A program made the translations under genes and the position numbers. A stretch of 63,197 nucleotides of DNA, counting the filler, from Octopus bimaculoides (lineage: Eukaryota), in NCBI RefSeq assembly GCF_001194135.2. It is 5 parts of 4 records of this genome, joined end to end, with 100 filler letters (N's around TTAATTAATTAA, not from the genome) between each part and the next. Parts side by side here need not be neighbours in the genome. Positions count along the whole stretch, not along the records: positions 1 to 20,631 come from NC_068982.1; 4 more parts are not named here. One strand, given 5' to 3'. Positions 1 through 12,393 of the stretch are shown in pieces (position 1 is the first letter of the stretch; every line of letters begins with the position of its first letter). The notes below the pieces were generated by a model. The model saw only the letters and a program-made list of their open reading frames with translations, did not search any database and was not told where the DNA came from.

Positions 1-10
1 GAATTAAAGA

Positions 11-58
<48 letters not shown>

Positions 59-421
59 TACACACACATACACTCACACACACATACACTCACACACACA
101 TACACTCACACACCCACACATCTGTGTGCGTGTGAGTGTGTCCGTGTTTGTGGTATGTATGTGTAAGTGCATTGGCCGGCCACGTAAAAGGAAATGACGC
201 GTTTTGAAAGGAGAATCAAAACCGGATTGTTAAACCGTGGCCTGGCTCTCGGAAAGTAAACGAAACAATAGAGAAATAGAAAAGACAGGAAATAAAAGGA
301 GAATGCTTTATTTATTATTTCAATAATGATTTCTTTTTATAGGAAATATAAGAGTTATGACTTCATTCTCAAGTGTATGGCAATTTCGTGATCATCGTAG
401 GCGCATTGAGAAAGCAGCAGC

Positions 422-422
<1 letters not shown>

Positions 423-481
<59 letters not shown>

Positions 482-482
482 T

Positions 483-523
<41 letters not shown>
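423..523. repeat. (AGT)n microsatellite bordering a gap (representative of many CA, TA, GA, TATG, TAGA and TAA arrays in the window)
   Basis: Visible directly. Confidence 0.95.
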
Positions 524-2149
524 NNNNNNNNNNNNNNNNNNNNNNNNNNNNNNNNNNNNNNNNNNNNNNNNNNNNNNNNNNNNNNNNNNNNNNNNNNNNN
601 NNNNNNNNNNNNNNNNNNNNNNNNNNNNNNNNNNNNNNNNNNNNNNNNNNNNNNNNNNNNNNNNNNNNNNNNNNNNNNNNNNNNNNNNNNNNNNNNNNNN
701 NNNNNNNNNNNNNNNNNNNNNNNNNNNNNNNNNNNNNNNNNNNNNNNNNNNNNNNNNNNNNNNNNNNNNNNNNNNNNNNNNNNNNNNNNNNNNNNNNNNN
801 NNNNNNNNNNNNNNNNNNNNNNNNNNNNNNNNNNNNNNNNNNNNNNNNNNNNNNNNNNNNNNNNNNNNNNNNNNNNNNNNNNNNNNNNNNNNNNNNNNNN
901 NNNNNNNNNNNNNNNNNNNNNNNNNNNNNNNNNNNNNNNNNNNNNNNNNNNNNNNNNNNNNNNNNNNNNNNNNNNNNNNNNNNNNNNNNNNNNNNNNNNN
1001 NNNNNNNNNNNNNNNNNNNNNNNNNNNNNNNNNNNNNNNNNNNNNNNNNNNNNNNNNNNNNNNNNNNNNNNNNNNNNNNNNNNNNNNNNNNNNNNNNNNN
1101 NNNNNNNNNNNNNNNNNNNNNNNNNNNNNNNNNNNNNNNNNNNNNNNNNNNNNNNNNNNNNNNNNNNNNNNNNNNNNNNNNNNNNNNNNNNNNNNNNNNN
1201 NNNNNNNNNNNNNNNNNNNNNNNNNNNNNNNNNNNNNNNNNNNNNNNNNNNNNNNNNNNNNNNNNNNNNNNNNNNNNNNNNNNNNNNNNNNNNNNNNNNN
1301 NNNNNNNNNNNNNNNNNNNNNNNNNNNNNNNNNNNNNNNNNNNNNNNNNNNNNNNNNNNNNNNNNNNNNNTTTTTTTTTTTTTTTTTTTTTTTTTTTTGG
1401 TGGCGGGTTTTCGCTATTTTCAGAAAGAGCAGTGACACCTGAACCGATAACATTGCTATACAAATAGTCCACCAAGGATTTGGTGACTCCACTGTCTGAC
1501 ATCGGATGTGCTGTGTAACCATGGGTTACGTCAGTGGTTGGTTCTCATCCGAAGTCCATATGGCCCCTCAGAAGCCATATAAGATCTTTGGAGAGCCACG
1601 CAAACAAAGTAGTAAATTCGGAATCCACAATACTATTTTAAGGGCCCCTGAAAATTTATTTTGGTTCAGATTTAAGTATTGGTGTGTATTGCAAGAAACA
1701 ACAAGTTAATGTGTGAAAAACAAATAGGAATTTAGAAGCTTCTATAAAACTAGTTTTTAAATATCGAATAAAGCAGCAATCAAAGGGGTCCGTAGATAAA
1801 TGTGGTTGAGAACCCCTGGGTTATGTACTTAACTCTCAAGTAACCCCTAGTCCATGCAGCTCTTTGTATAAATAGGTATTGCAAATTAGAGTCAATTGGT
1901 AGCTGGAGACGAACAAGAGAGCTTCGTTCTTGTTGTTGCTGTCCTGCCCCAGTTCATTCTCGAGCGAACAGACCAATATTCTTCCTAATTTTAGCAGAAG
2001 GCAAGCAACTTGGACCAGTAAAGTACTGGTATTTTATTTCATCGACCCCGAAAGAATAAAAGGGCAGTGTTGACCTTAGCGGCATTTGAACACTCAGAAG
2101 GCAAAGAGCCGGAAGAAACACTGCTGAGCATTTTGTCCGATATGCTAAC

Positions 2150-2615
2150 GATTCTTTTCTACTCTAAGCACAAGGCCCGAAATTTGGGGGGAGGGGGCCA
2201 GTCGATTAGATTGACGCGAGTACGCAACTGGTACTTAATAAAAGTGGTGAGCTGGCAAAATTGTTAGCACGCCGGGCGAAATGCTTAGCGGTATTTCGTC
2301 TGCCGCTACGTTCAGAGTTCAAATTTCGCTGAGGTCGACTTTGTCTTTCATCCTTTCGGGGTTGATTAAATAAGTACCAGTTACGCACTGGGGTCGATTT
2401 TATCGACTTAATCCCTTTGTCTGTTCTTGTTTGTCCCCGCTATGTTTAACCCCTTGTGGGTAATTAAGAAATAAAAAAACTGGTACTTAATTTATTGACC
2501 CCGAAAGGATGAAAGGCAGAGTCGACCTCGGCGGAATTTGAATTCAGAACGTAAAGACAGACGAAATACCGCTAATCATTTTGCCCGGCGTGCTAACGAT
2601 TCTGCTAGCTCCCCG
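2150..2615. mobile_element. Nested tRNA-derived SINEs (family A): plus copy 2246-2477 inside a minus copy
   Basis: A/B-box head GGTGAGCTGGCA...GAGTTCAAA; 14-bp TSD AACTGGTACTTAAT at 2226-2239 and 2478-2491. Confidence 0.85.
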
Positions 2616-3361
2616 ATGTGAACAGATCAGTAACGGTTTCAAATTTTGGCACAAAGCCGGCAATTTTACGTGAGAGGGAGAGTCGATTATTTCGACCTCA
2701 GTGCTCAACTGGTCCCTATTTTATCGACCCCTTCGAAATAATGAAAGGCAAAGCCAACCCTGACAGAATTTGAACCCAGAACAGATGCTGCTATACACCA
2801 CTAGTCACAATGCGCTTTGCATCGTTTGTAGCTTTCGAATGATTCCACCCCACTGGCTAAGCAAGCTGGCCAACATTCCTCCTGATCGGAAGATTAATCC
2901 GTCGCAGCGCTGAGTGAACTGAAGCAACATGAAATGAAGTGTTTTGCTCAAGAACACAACGCGCCACCCTATCAAGGAATCGAACCCATGATCGCTAGAC
3001 CGTGAGTGCAACACCTTAGCCACTAGGCCACGAATAACTTGAAAAAGATATCACTGCAATTTTTAACAGATTGTGAAACATGTACAGGCTTCTCACCCAC
3101 CATTTGCTCAAGTCACGGTGCATTTAATTTTACAAGTTATTTGATTTTGTACTTTAGAGTACTGCTTTCAATTTCAAGCAGTAATTTATTTCTTTATTGC
3201 CCACAGGGGGCTAAACATAGGGACAAACAGAATTTACAACTTGGAACACGAAGGAGGGCATTTCACCGTCATTTCTAAGTGACCGAGGGACCACGTACAG
3301 GTCAACTTGTTCGTATTAACATCGGCGCAGTAAAATTTATACTTGTATTGATTTTATTATG

Positions 3362-3983
3362 CCGTGGTTCTCAAAGTGGGCGTTATTTCCTTCCTGGGGG
3401 GGTGGAAAATTCCAAGGGAGGCGTTGAAGAAAAGTGAGGCGATAATAGGGGAGCGATTCATGTAAAACGTGGGCAATAATGGGGTATCGATTCATGTAAA
3501 AAAAACAACAGAATAATAGAGTTCTATATTTAAGAGATGGGGAATTCTGTACATTATTTACATTATTTACGTTATTTATATTCGACGGATATTTGTCCTC
3601 ATCTTGTTTGTTGTCAGCAAGACGTTTCGGCTGATATACCCTCCAGTCTTCTTCAGGTGTCTTGGGGAAATAGGAATGAGAACCCAGGTTCTAAATTTCC
3701 GCAAGACACCCGATGAAGGCTGGAGGGTATACCAGCCGAAACGTCTTGCTGACAACAAACAAGATGAGGACAAATATCCGTCGAATGTAAATGATGTAAA
3801 TAATGTAAATAACGAACAAAATAATAGGTTCATTAGGTTAAGTTTTATTTGTGAAATATTGTTGCTTTGAATTTACTTCGGTAAGGGGTCTATGTTTGTG
3901 ACGGTTAGTTGGGGTGAAGGCACTAGGGAATGTGACCTGGGTGTCGAGGGAGCGGCAGCCCGAAAAAGGTTTGGGAACGACTG
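3362..3983. mobile_element. hAT (Charlie-like) MITE hosting the inverted hammerhead pair
   Basis: Degenerate TIRs CCGTGGTTCTCAAA / TTTGGGAACGACTG. Confidence 0.65.
3550..3812. mobile_element. Head-to-head inverted pair of the hammerhead/tail module of the 8.8-kb element family
   Basis: Minus arm 3550-3671 and plus arm 3672-3812. Both carry the same GAAACGTCTTGCTGAC variant and outward-facing 9-mer tails. Confidence 0.8.
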
Positions 3984-4019
3984 AAAGGCTTACAGTACTG
4001 ACCCCACTTCTTATTGCAG

Positions 4020-4165
4020 ATACCGCTTTGAACAGGAGGTATTCCCTCGAGTAATTTTGCCCCAGTTGCCCTACATAACATTTATGGTTTCACCGGTGTG
4101 CACCAACGATCCAGTGCGATGCGAAAGAATCGACACACGTGTATATTCTCCATTGAAGTATATCA
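4020..4165 (+). CDS. Orphan candidate coding exon (YRFEQEVFPRVILPQLPYITFMVSPVCTNDPVRCERIDTRVYSPLKYI)
   Basis: CTGAC branch point, TTCTTATTGCAG acceptor and CA|GTAAGA donor. Only one frame is open (phase 2 in, phase 1 out) and the peptide is non-repetitive. Product not recognised. Confidence 0.55.
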
Positions 4166-4295
4166 GTAAGAATGGTCGATTTTTATGAGATATTTAGTTA
4201 TTGGAGAGAAACTGACTCACTGACGTTGTTCCTCTTCCTCTCTTTCTTTCTTTCATTCTTTCATTCTTTTTCGTTCTCCACCTTCTTCTTTCTCT

Positions 4296-4347
<52 letters not shown>

Positions 4348-4456
4348 GGCCCTCTCTCTGGCCCTCTCTCTTTCTTTTGCTTTGTCGCTTTAGAAATGTA
4401 AAAGAGGCGGGGAGGCGGACAAGGTGGACACATTTTACACTCACACACATACACGT

Positions 4457-4489
<33 letters not shown>

Positions 4490-4709
4490 CACAGATACGT
4501 ATGTATAGATAGACACACACACGCACAAACATCTAATAACATTCGCATATAGAAATATTTATACATATGTACGTAAGAGTGCTTGTCTGGTTCTTTTACG
4601 CTTATAATCAGACCACACACCCACGCACACGCACACACATACACACACATACACACACATACATACATACATACATATACATACATACATACATATATAC
4701 ATACACACA

Positions 4710-4743
<34 letters not shown>

Positions 4744-5100
4744 CACACATACATATATACATACGTACATACATACATACATACATACATACACACATAC
4801 ATACACACACACACATTTATATATATATNNNNNNNNNNNNNNNNNNNNNNNNNNNNNNNNNNNNNNNNNNNNNNNNNNNNNNNNNNNNNNNNNNNNNNNN
4901 NNNNNNNNNNNNNNNNNNNNNNNNNNNNNNNNNNNNNNNNNNNNNNNNNNNNNNNNNNNNNNNNNNNNNNNNNNNNNNNNNNNNNNNNNNNNNNNNNNNN
5001 NNNNNNNNNNNNNNNNNNNNNNNNNNNNNNNNNNNNNNNNNNNNNNNNNNNNNNNNNNNNNNNNNNNNNNNNNNNNNNNNNNNNNNNNNNNNNNNNNNNN

Positions 5101-5165
<65 letters not shown>

Positions 5166-5671
5166 TGCTCGACGAGAAGCGAAGTTATAACGAGACGCAC
5201 TTTGACCAAAGCCAGAGATATTCCGTTGTTTGGAAATGAAGAGAAAAATATCCATTGAACTGAAAACGCGATATTATCTGAAGCATAGAAAGAAGAGACT
5301 GACCGCTGGAAAGATAAAAGGCTGTACGCTGACCTAGCCGGGAAATCTTGCTATAGTTACATATATAATACGATATTTAGATTGTACGCGGAGATATCGA
5401 AAGAAATCGAGATAGGAGATCTAAGTTAATTCAGACACCTCAGCATAGAAACTGTTGAGGATTAAATCTGCAAGATAATAAAGGATTTAGGGAAAACAGA
5501 TCTAAAGACAATGTTTTTGCCTTGTTAACTGAACAAAAGCTTCAATCCCTCATCCTGTAATCGGTGTCTTGAGAAACTAATAATGTCGTTTTGCTAGAGA
5601 AACAAAACCAAGCATTATTAGAACGGTGGTGGTGGTAATAATAATTTCAAGAATGTTAATAATATATATAT

Positions 5672-5720
5672 ATCAATACAAGCAGATATACCCGGTGTTG
5701 CTCGGGATTTAAAATGGCGT
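5672..5720 (-). mobile_element. Helitron-like 3' terminus
   Basis: Subterminal hairpin CCCGAGCAACACCGGG followed by a CTGCTTG terminus resembling CTRR. Confidence 0.4.
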
Positions 5721-5869
5721 AGCTTTTTATTGTTTCATTTGTTTCAATCGTGTGACTGCGGCCATGCTGGAGCACTGCCTTTAGTTGAACAAATTCGAGT
5801 CCCGGATTCATTCTTTGTAGGCCTAGTACTTATTCCATCGGTGTCTTTTGCCGAACCGCTTCAAGGGTG

Positions 5870-7446
5870 CTCTGGAAGAGTACATCTCTCCTCCTCAAAT
5901 TCACCAGCCTACAGGTACATTATTAGAGCAGGTCCACTCACACGGGCCAATTTCGCTCCATTCACCCATCTTTCGTCAAATGTAGTGGTGGAGGGGGGGG
6001 CAGCACTTCTCTCTCCACCCCCATCTTCCTTTCCAAGTGAAATTTGAAAAAGTTGATGAGGGATTGCCCGAAGAGAAAAAGTGTCTGTCTTCGGTCCTTT
6101 CAACCTGGTCCACCATACTAACTCTTTCGCTACTGCTACCAGACAGAGGAAAACTGCCTGTCTTTCCTGACCAAAGGAAGGCGGCAGGTCAATCTTCACT
6201 ATGGACTCGGCCGATAGCCGGATCCGTCCTATGCGCGACAACAACCGTTCGACATTAGTAAGTAAGGCATGGACACTGGACGAGTGCGTACAGAAGTTTC
6301 GTCGCTCTGCGCGCATCTCGGGCAAGTCCGTCTGAAAGCACTTCCGTGCCTGTAGAGTTTATCTCGAACCGGCAGTGCGCCCCAGTAGCACTGCCAAGTG
6401 AGAGATTTCTGGAAGGCATCGTCCCGGACTCGAAAGTCCTCTAGAATAGACTTTGTCGACCCGCAGCGCCTCTTCGAGTGCGACATCGCACTTTCTCACA
6501 ACTAAACCTCTATAGAACTCAAAAGTAAATGCATAGCAACATTTCAGATGCCGCTCACCCTGCCTGGGTCTCTTCTTGACCCAGAACTGCAGCTCAATCA
6601 AGGAGACGAGCTGGAGAAAGGACTGTTTCACAAACACTGACCGCACCTGTTCACCGTTTAGGCAGAATAACTGGAGATTCCACAGCCTCAGCGCATGTCT
6701 ACGCATCATTAGCCACGGCACGCCCAGTCCTCCGTGTAGAGGGTGTTGGCAGCAACGGAACTTGTCTCCTCCAAAAGAATTTGAAGAGGAGGCGCTCCAA
6801 CTTGGTGAGGCGTGAACGTGGGTAAGGCACGACAGTCTGGTGGTTGTAGATGATGGACACAAAGTACGCATTCCCCACCTCCGTCCGGCCTTTCAGTGAC
6901 AGCTTCCTCGCAGCCCATTTCTGGGTGAGAATGGCTATTCTGTTCGTCACCTCGTCCCAATTCTTATCCACCTGGAGATCTGGTCCGAACCAAACCCCAA
7001 GCAACTTTACCGGTCCGTCTGTCTAGCGCCCAACGACGCTGTTAAACGGCATGGACATGCCTCTCCAGGTGCCGAACTGCAAGCCCACCGACTTTTCTAG
7101 GTTAAGTTTTGCTCCTGTCAACTTTTCATATTCTTCCAATGATGTGCCGACCACCTCGATTTCTGATGTGTTCGACACCATCACGGTGATGTCCGCATAA
7201 GCTAACACAGCTCTTCCGCGTCCAGGTTCGTGCAGGATGCCCTGCAGCAGCTCCAACTTCCGCAGCAAAGGCTCAAGAGTCAATATGCACAGAAGGGAGA
7301 CGAGAGGGCACCCTTGACGGACCGATCTGGAGATCTGAAACGGTTCTGAGAGGCGGCTATTAACTTTGGGCACGGAGCAGCTACCGTTGTGCATTGCAGT
7401 GATCTAACCTCTGCAGACAGGGCCGAAGCCAGCTACCATTAAAGCT
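5870..7446 (-). mobile_element. 5'-truncated, decayed L1/Tx1-clade LINE (RT, thumb, CCHC zinc finger)
   Basis: Peptides AGFGPV, SVRQGCPL, AYAD, LSLKGR, HPLHGGLG and CPRC...HAL across several frames with stops and frameshifts. Confidence 0.88.
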
Positions 7447-8191
7447 TGTAGATAAAAAAGAAAAACATGCAACAGTTCGTTTGTCATGAAGGCTGAAAAA
7501 CAAAATCATATATTTTAAGACACTTGTCGTTTTGGGAGAGTAGAAACACATGTATGCCAATAGTGCCTGTACTGTTTTCATGAATTCTGTTTACTCTTTC
7601 TAAAAGAAGTCTACGAAACTTTTCCTTTTCACTCCTCGCGTTAGACTAACTGCAGTACTTTTATTTGTCGACAAACTTCTAAAATGTTGATTGAGGAGCT
7701 AATACAGCGATTGCTATCATAAAACTAATTTATTAGTCACGAATTCGAAAATATTTGAGTTGATTTTGAAGCACTATTCACATTGAAAAATATCATTGTA
7801 GTTCCCTGATTCGTTCTATGTTTTGTTGTCTGAATGATTTTTCCGCCAAGAGATGGAGATTGTAGTTTGATAAGATTAATTCTATATAGAAATGATTAAC
7901 CTTACCTTAAAGCAACTTTGGTGTTATAACCCCTACAGAACATACGATTCTAATAACGAAAAATATTGCATTTTCGACCTTGCTGTATCTCATTTAGCTT
8001 CGATGTAGTCAAGAACACACAAATGAATTGGTTTAGCAATATGCGCTCGATAAACAATTACTGCACCAAAACTGAATAAGATCCAAGTCAGCAGAAATCA
8101 CAACATTTCAGTTGTCAGACTCACATGTTCTTCTCTGGATTGCAAAATCAAGGCTAAATATATACTCTTATTTTGAATTAAATTATATATA

Positions 8192-8580
8192 TGGCGTGGC
8201 TGTATGGTAAGAAGCTTGCTTCCCAATCACATGGTTCAGGGTTCAAACCCACTGCGTGGTACCTTGGGTAAGTGTCTTCTGCTATAGCCTCTGGCCGACC
8301 AAAGCTTTCTGTGTGGATTTGGTAGGCGGAAACTGAAAGAACTCCTTCGTATATGAATATGTGTGTGTGTGTCTTTGTGTCTGCGATTGTCCTCCATCAC
8401 CGCTTGACAACCGGTGCTGGTGTGTTTACGTCCCCGTAACATAGCGGTTCGGCAAAAGAGACCGATAGGATAAATACTAAGCTTAAAAAATAAGTCCTGG
8501 GGTCGATTTGTTCGACTAAGATCCTCCAAAGCGGTGCTTCAGCTTGGCCACAGTCAAATGACTGAAACAAGCAAAATAAT
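8192..8580 (+). mobile_element. Family B tRNA-derived SINE with internal microsatellite
   Basis: GGCGTGGCTGTATGGTAAGAAGCTTGCTTCCC head. Related copies or fragments at about 5720-5870, 15340-15560, 16750-17345, 21665-21850, 39280-39530, 41405-41550, 50270-50460 and 52855-52985. Confidence 0.85.
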
Positions 8581-8769
8581 ACAATAATATATTGCGTAAT
8601 TTAAGTATTTCTCAGAAAAAGATATTAAACAATGCGCTGAGGATGCTGAAGCTCTCTGTTATATGAAGGAAAGATAGTGAGAGTTATATAAGCACAAAGC
8701 CAGTCTCTTCTAGAGAATGAGACATTGGGAAGCTGTGGTGATCATACTTTTCTGCAATGGAAATGCAAC

Positions 8770-9115
<346 letters not shown>

Positions 9116-10649
9116 GAACGCGTTTGTTTCTTCATACTACTGTAAACTGTTACTAAAAAGCCTCTAGTAAACTGATGAACTTGTAAGAAATAGGAGCTAA
9201 ATCCCTTGAGTGAAAGACATTTTTAGACCACATCTGGGTATGATCATATCCGGATTAGATCTTGTATTTCTAGATATGCAAAATAAGAAGATATTCAGAG
9301 ATGGGATGGTCACAAATGGAATGCCTTTCATTATGAGTTTACTTGATTAGAGTTCAACTCGATCCTAACAACAACAGCAACACCAATAACAACGGTGGCA
9401 CTTTACATCTACGACTACCACCAAAACGAAATAATATTCCGTATTCACTCAACTAACTAGTAGTAGTAGCCAGTATCCCTTAAATCATATTCTAACGTCT
9501 TAAAAATATTAATTAATGTAAGAGGGTATTAAATATATATATTGCATAAAAAGAAGAAAGCAGAAGGATTATGGCTTGATTGGTGTTGAACATAGGTTTG
9601 CTTAGTAACAGCTGTCCTTGAGCTAACCAACAACAGCAACAAATAATTTATAACTATCTATGTGTAAATTACTTCACTGTCTTATAAGGATTATATTAGC
9701 CTTTGGCAACACCTGTAACCAAATTACTGTTATATACCATACGTCATCACCTCTCTGAACTACATGAGGCCACAATCGGTCACGATAAAAAGAGGTCTTT
9801 TTTATGCTCATCATAACATGTTTTTCAGTAGTTTTATTTTAATTGCTTGCTTTCACTACACAGTAGAGAACAGCTGTATGCCTTATAGGTCCATGCAATA
9901 TTTCATTTTGGTTTAATGTTTCCTTTTGTGATGAATGTACTGGACATCATATTTGTACAGTGGTTTTATCAGCATATTTTTTAAATCATTTCTTTGACAC
10001 CTACTATAATACGGATTGATTGCTTTCAACCCGTACATTCTAGTTGTCTCAATTTCTTGATCTTTATATTGGGTCAATTCTTTTATTTTGTTGGGATCAA
10101 TATGATCCCTTGGGAGTTCATATAGAAGTTTTGGGGGTCCAAGTAAGCAAAATAGAAAATTATTGATCTACAGTAGTATTTCAGGGTTCCATTAAAAATT
10201 TTATTTTAGATATCTTTATTGCTAGACACAACTAGGTTTCTTTTTATCACGTTTTACATAGATCAACCTGTTTCCAGCCACTGAAACGTGTTCTCTCAGA
10301 GATTTTTATTGCAAACCTATACAAGTGAATGGATGAAAAACAAAATAAGAATTTTGAAAGAAGTATATATGAAATTACTTTTCAAACATCGAATGGCTAA
10401 GCGGGTTCAACAGAGTTAAACAGTAATCAAAGGGGTCCATAGGGAAAGAAATGGCTGAGAACCCCTAGTCTGGAGATAGATTACGGCCTGTTCAGAATGA
10501 TACTTCGACCAGGATATATTTCTTTTTCTTCTGTTCCTTCAGAACAATATTTGGCACATTAACATTGATATGGTTGTATTTGTAGATTAGCATATCCCAG
10601 AATATGTTCATAGCCGTTGTTTTTTCATTTTCTGTGGAGGAAACCTGTT

Positions 10650-11610
10650 CCACTAATCAGAGAGGTATTTCCTGTCGACATTCGCTGCACGGAAGACTGG
10701 GCATGCCGCGGCTAATGATGCGCAGACATTACGCAGCAACAGATGCGTTTCCTTGACGATGACCAGGTTAGATCGGTGTTTGGCAGATTCAATTCTTCAC
10801 AGCTCGCCTCTTTGTTGCAGTTCTGGATCAAGCATAGGCTGGGATAGAGCACTTGGCGCCTAGAGTGTCATCAGATGCTAATAGTCCCCCAACAGTCGGG
10901 CATTGCAATCAGTAGAAGCTCCACCATGGGGTTCTGTGGGAGACTGGTGGTGGGCAGGAGTGACGACATACTCCGGAGACTCTGGGCCTCGATGAGACTT
11001 AACTCACTGTTCTATTCTTACTTTTTTATTGCCAACAAGGGGCTAAACATAGAAGGGACAAATAAGGACAGACAAAGGGGTTAAGTCGATTACATCGACC
11101 CCCAGTGCGTAACTGGTACTTAATTTATCGACCCCGAAAGGATGTAAGGCAAAGTCGACCTCGGCGGAATTTGAACTCAGGACGTCGCGGCAGACGAAAT
11201 ACCGCTAAGTATTTCGCCCGGCGTGCTAACGTTTCTGCCAGCTCACCGTCTTATTCTGGAGAGCTTTCAGGCAGGAATCCTTGAACAATTTCCAGAAATC
11301 TCTTAAGTGTCATTGCTGGGCCGAGATAAAGTCTACAGATATGGAATGCAGTCAGTCGGGCTGACCGAGATGAACGCAGAGCGACGAAACTCTTCCGCAC
11401 GCACTTGGGTAGGGCCGAAGCATTGCTCACTTGTGAAGTTATGTCGATCCGCTGCTGTCGCGTGTAGGACCGATCCGGCTATTAGCTGAGTCTATTGTAA
11501 ACATCATTAAGTCACCTTTCCTTGACAAAGAAGGACAAACAGTGCTTATAAATCTAGTGGCTGTAGCGAATAAGGTTGGGACGGACCAGATGAAAGGGCT
11601 AAAGGCAGAC
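10650..11610 (+). mobile_element. Second, more decayed copy of the same L1/Tx1 family, split by a SINE
   Basis: HSLHGRLGMPRLMMRRH and nucleotide similarity to the reverse complement of about 6050-6760. A SINE is inserted at about 11008-11250. Confidence 0.75.
11008..11250 (-). mobile_element. Full-length family A tRNA-derived SINE
   Basis: Matches other copies at about 33280-33475(-), 35870-36262(-, two in tandem), 46920-47130(+), 56290-56505(+), 59030-59215(-) and 59630-59940(+). Confidence 0.85.
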
Positions 11611-11908
11611 ACCTTCCGTTTTGGCCAAACCCTTATCTTTTCCGAACTTCACTTGAAAAAGAAAGTTCGGGTGGGGAAGGATGTACATAATCAAGGTTAA
11701 CTACATAGTTGTGTCCTGGGGTGCATTTTATCCCGTTGCTCCTTCCTGTTGTGATGGTCTTCAGGGTTGAGCATCAATAGTGACACATCACCCAAACATG
11801 TATTTATAGATCCTTTTTTAACTACATTCATTGCAGTAACGTTACATTTTCACAGGCATTCTTTGAGCTGTGGTTACATTTGGTACGTTAATCTAAAATT
11901 TATTGGTA

Positions 11909-12393
11909 CCGTAAATCTTCGAGTATAGTCCGCCCTTGAGTATAATACGCAGGGAATTTTAGGGGGATGTACTTCTGAAAAACCTAAACCTTGTGTATAA
12001 TACGCACCCCTTCTTTAACTTGAGTCAAGGAAGTCTATATAACGCCTTGGTTTGTAAACATATATATGGTAACGTCCTTTATTATTATTGTATATATAAC
12101 ATAATGCAAACGTGTAGCTTTTTTGTGCACTTTGTTTGCAGAAATAAAGAAATAACAGTAATAACGTCAGTGAAAAATAAATATTAAGTAAATTGCCTTT
12201 ACATGTTTATCACTATCGGTTACAAGCCCGGCATCACAAAATGCGTCTGAATAAACATTGCAGTACAGCAAATAGAGACTCGGACATTGCTTAGAAAATA
12301 TTTTTCATTTTTAACCTCGTATATAGCACGCACTAGGGATTTTGAGCTTTAAATTTTTGGGGAAAAATGCGGATTATACTCGAGGATTTACGG
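11909..12393. mobile_element. Tc1/pogo-type MITE
   Basis: TIRs CCGTAAATCTTCGAGTATAGTCCGC / GCGGATTATACTCGAGGATTTACGG with TA duplicated on both sides. Confidence 0.85.

Noticed and set aside
357-1522. Long ORFs spanning N-gaps (also 4567-5255, 30440-31058, 32655-33240, 47833-50346, 52756-53579)
   Set aside because: They consist of X residues plus microsatellite translations and are artefacts.
7385-7445. Exon-like segment on the minus strand with a good acceptor
   Set aside because: It translates as LMVAGFGPVCRG*ITAMHNG, part of the L1/Tx1 RT.
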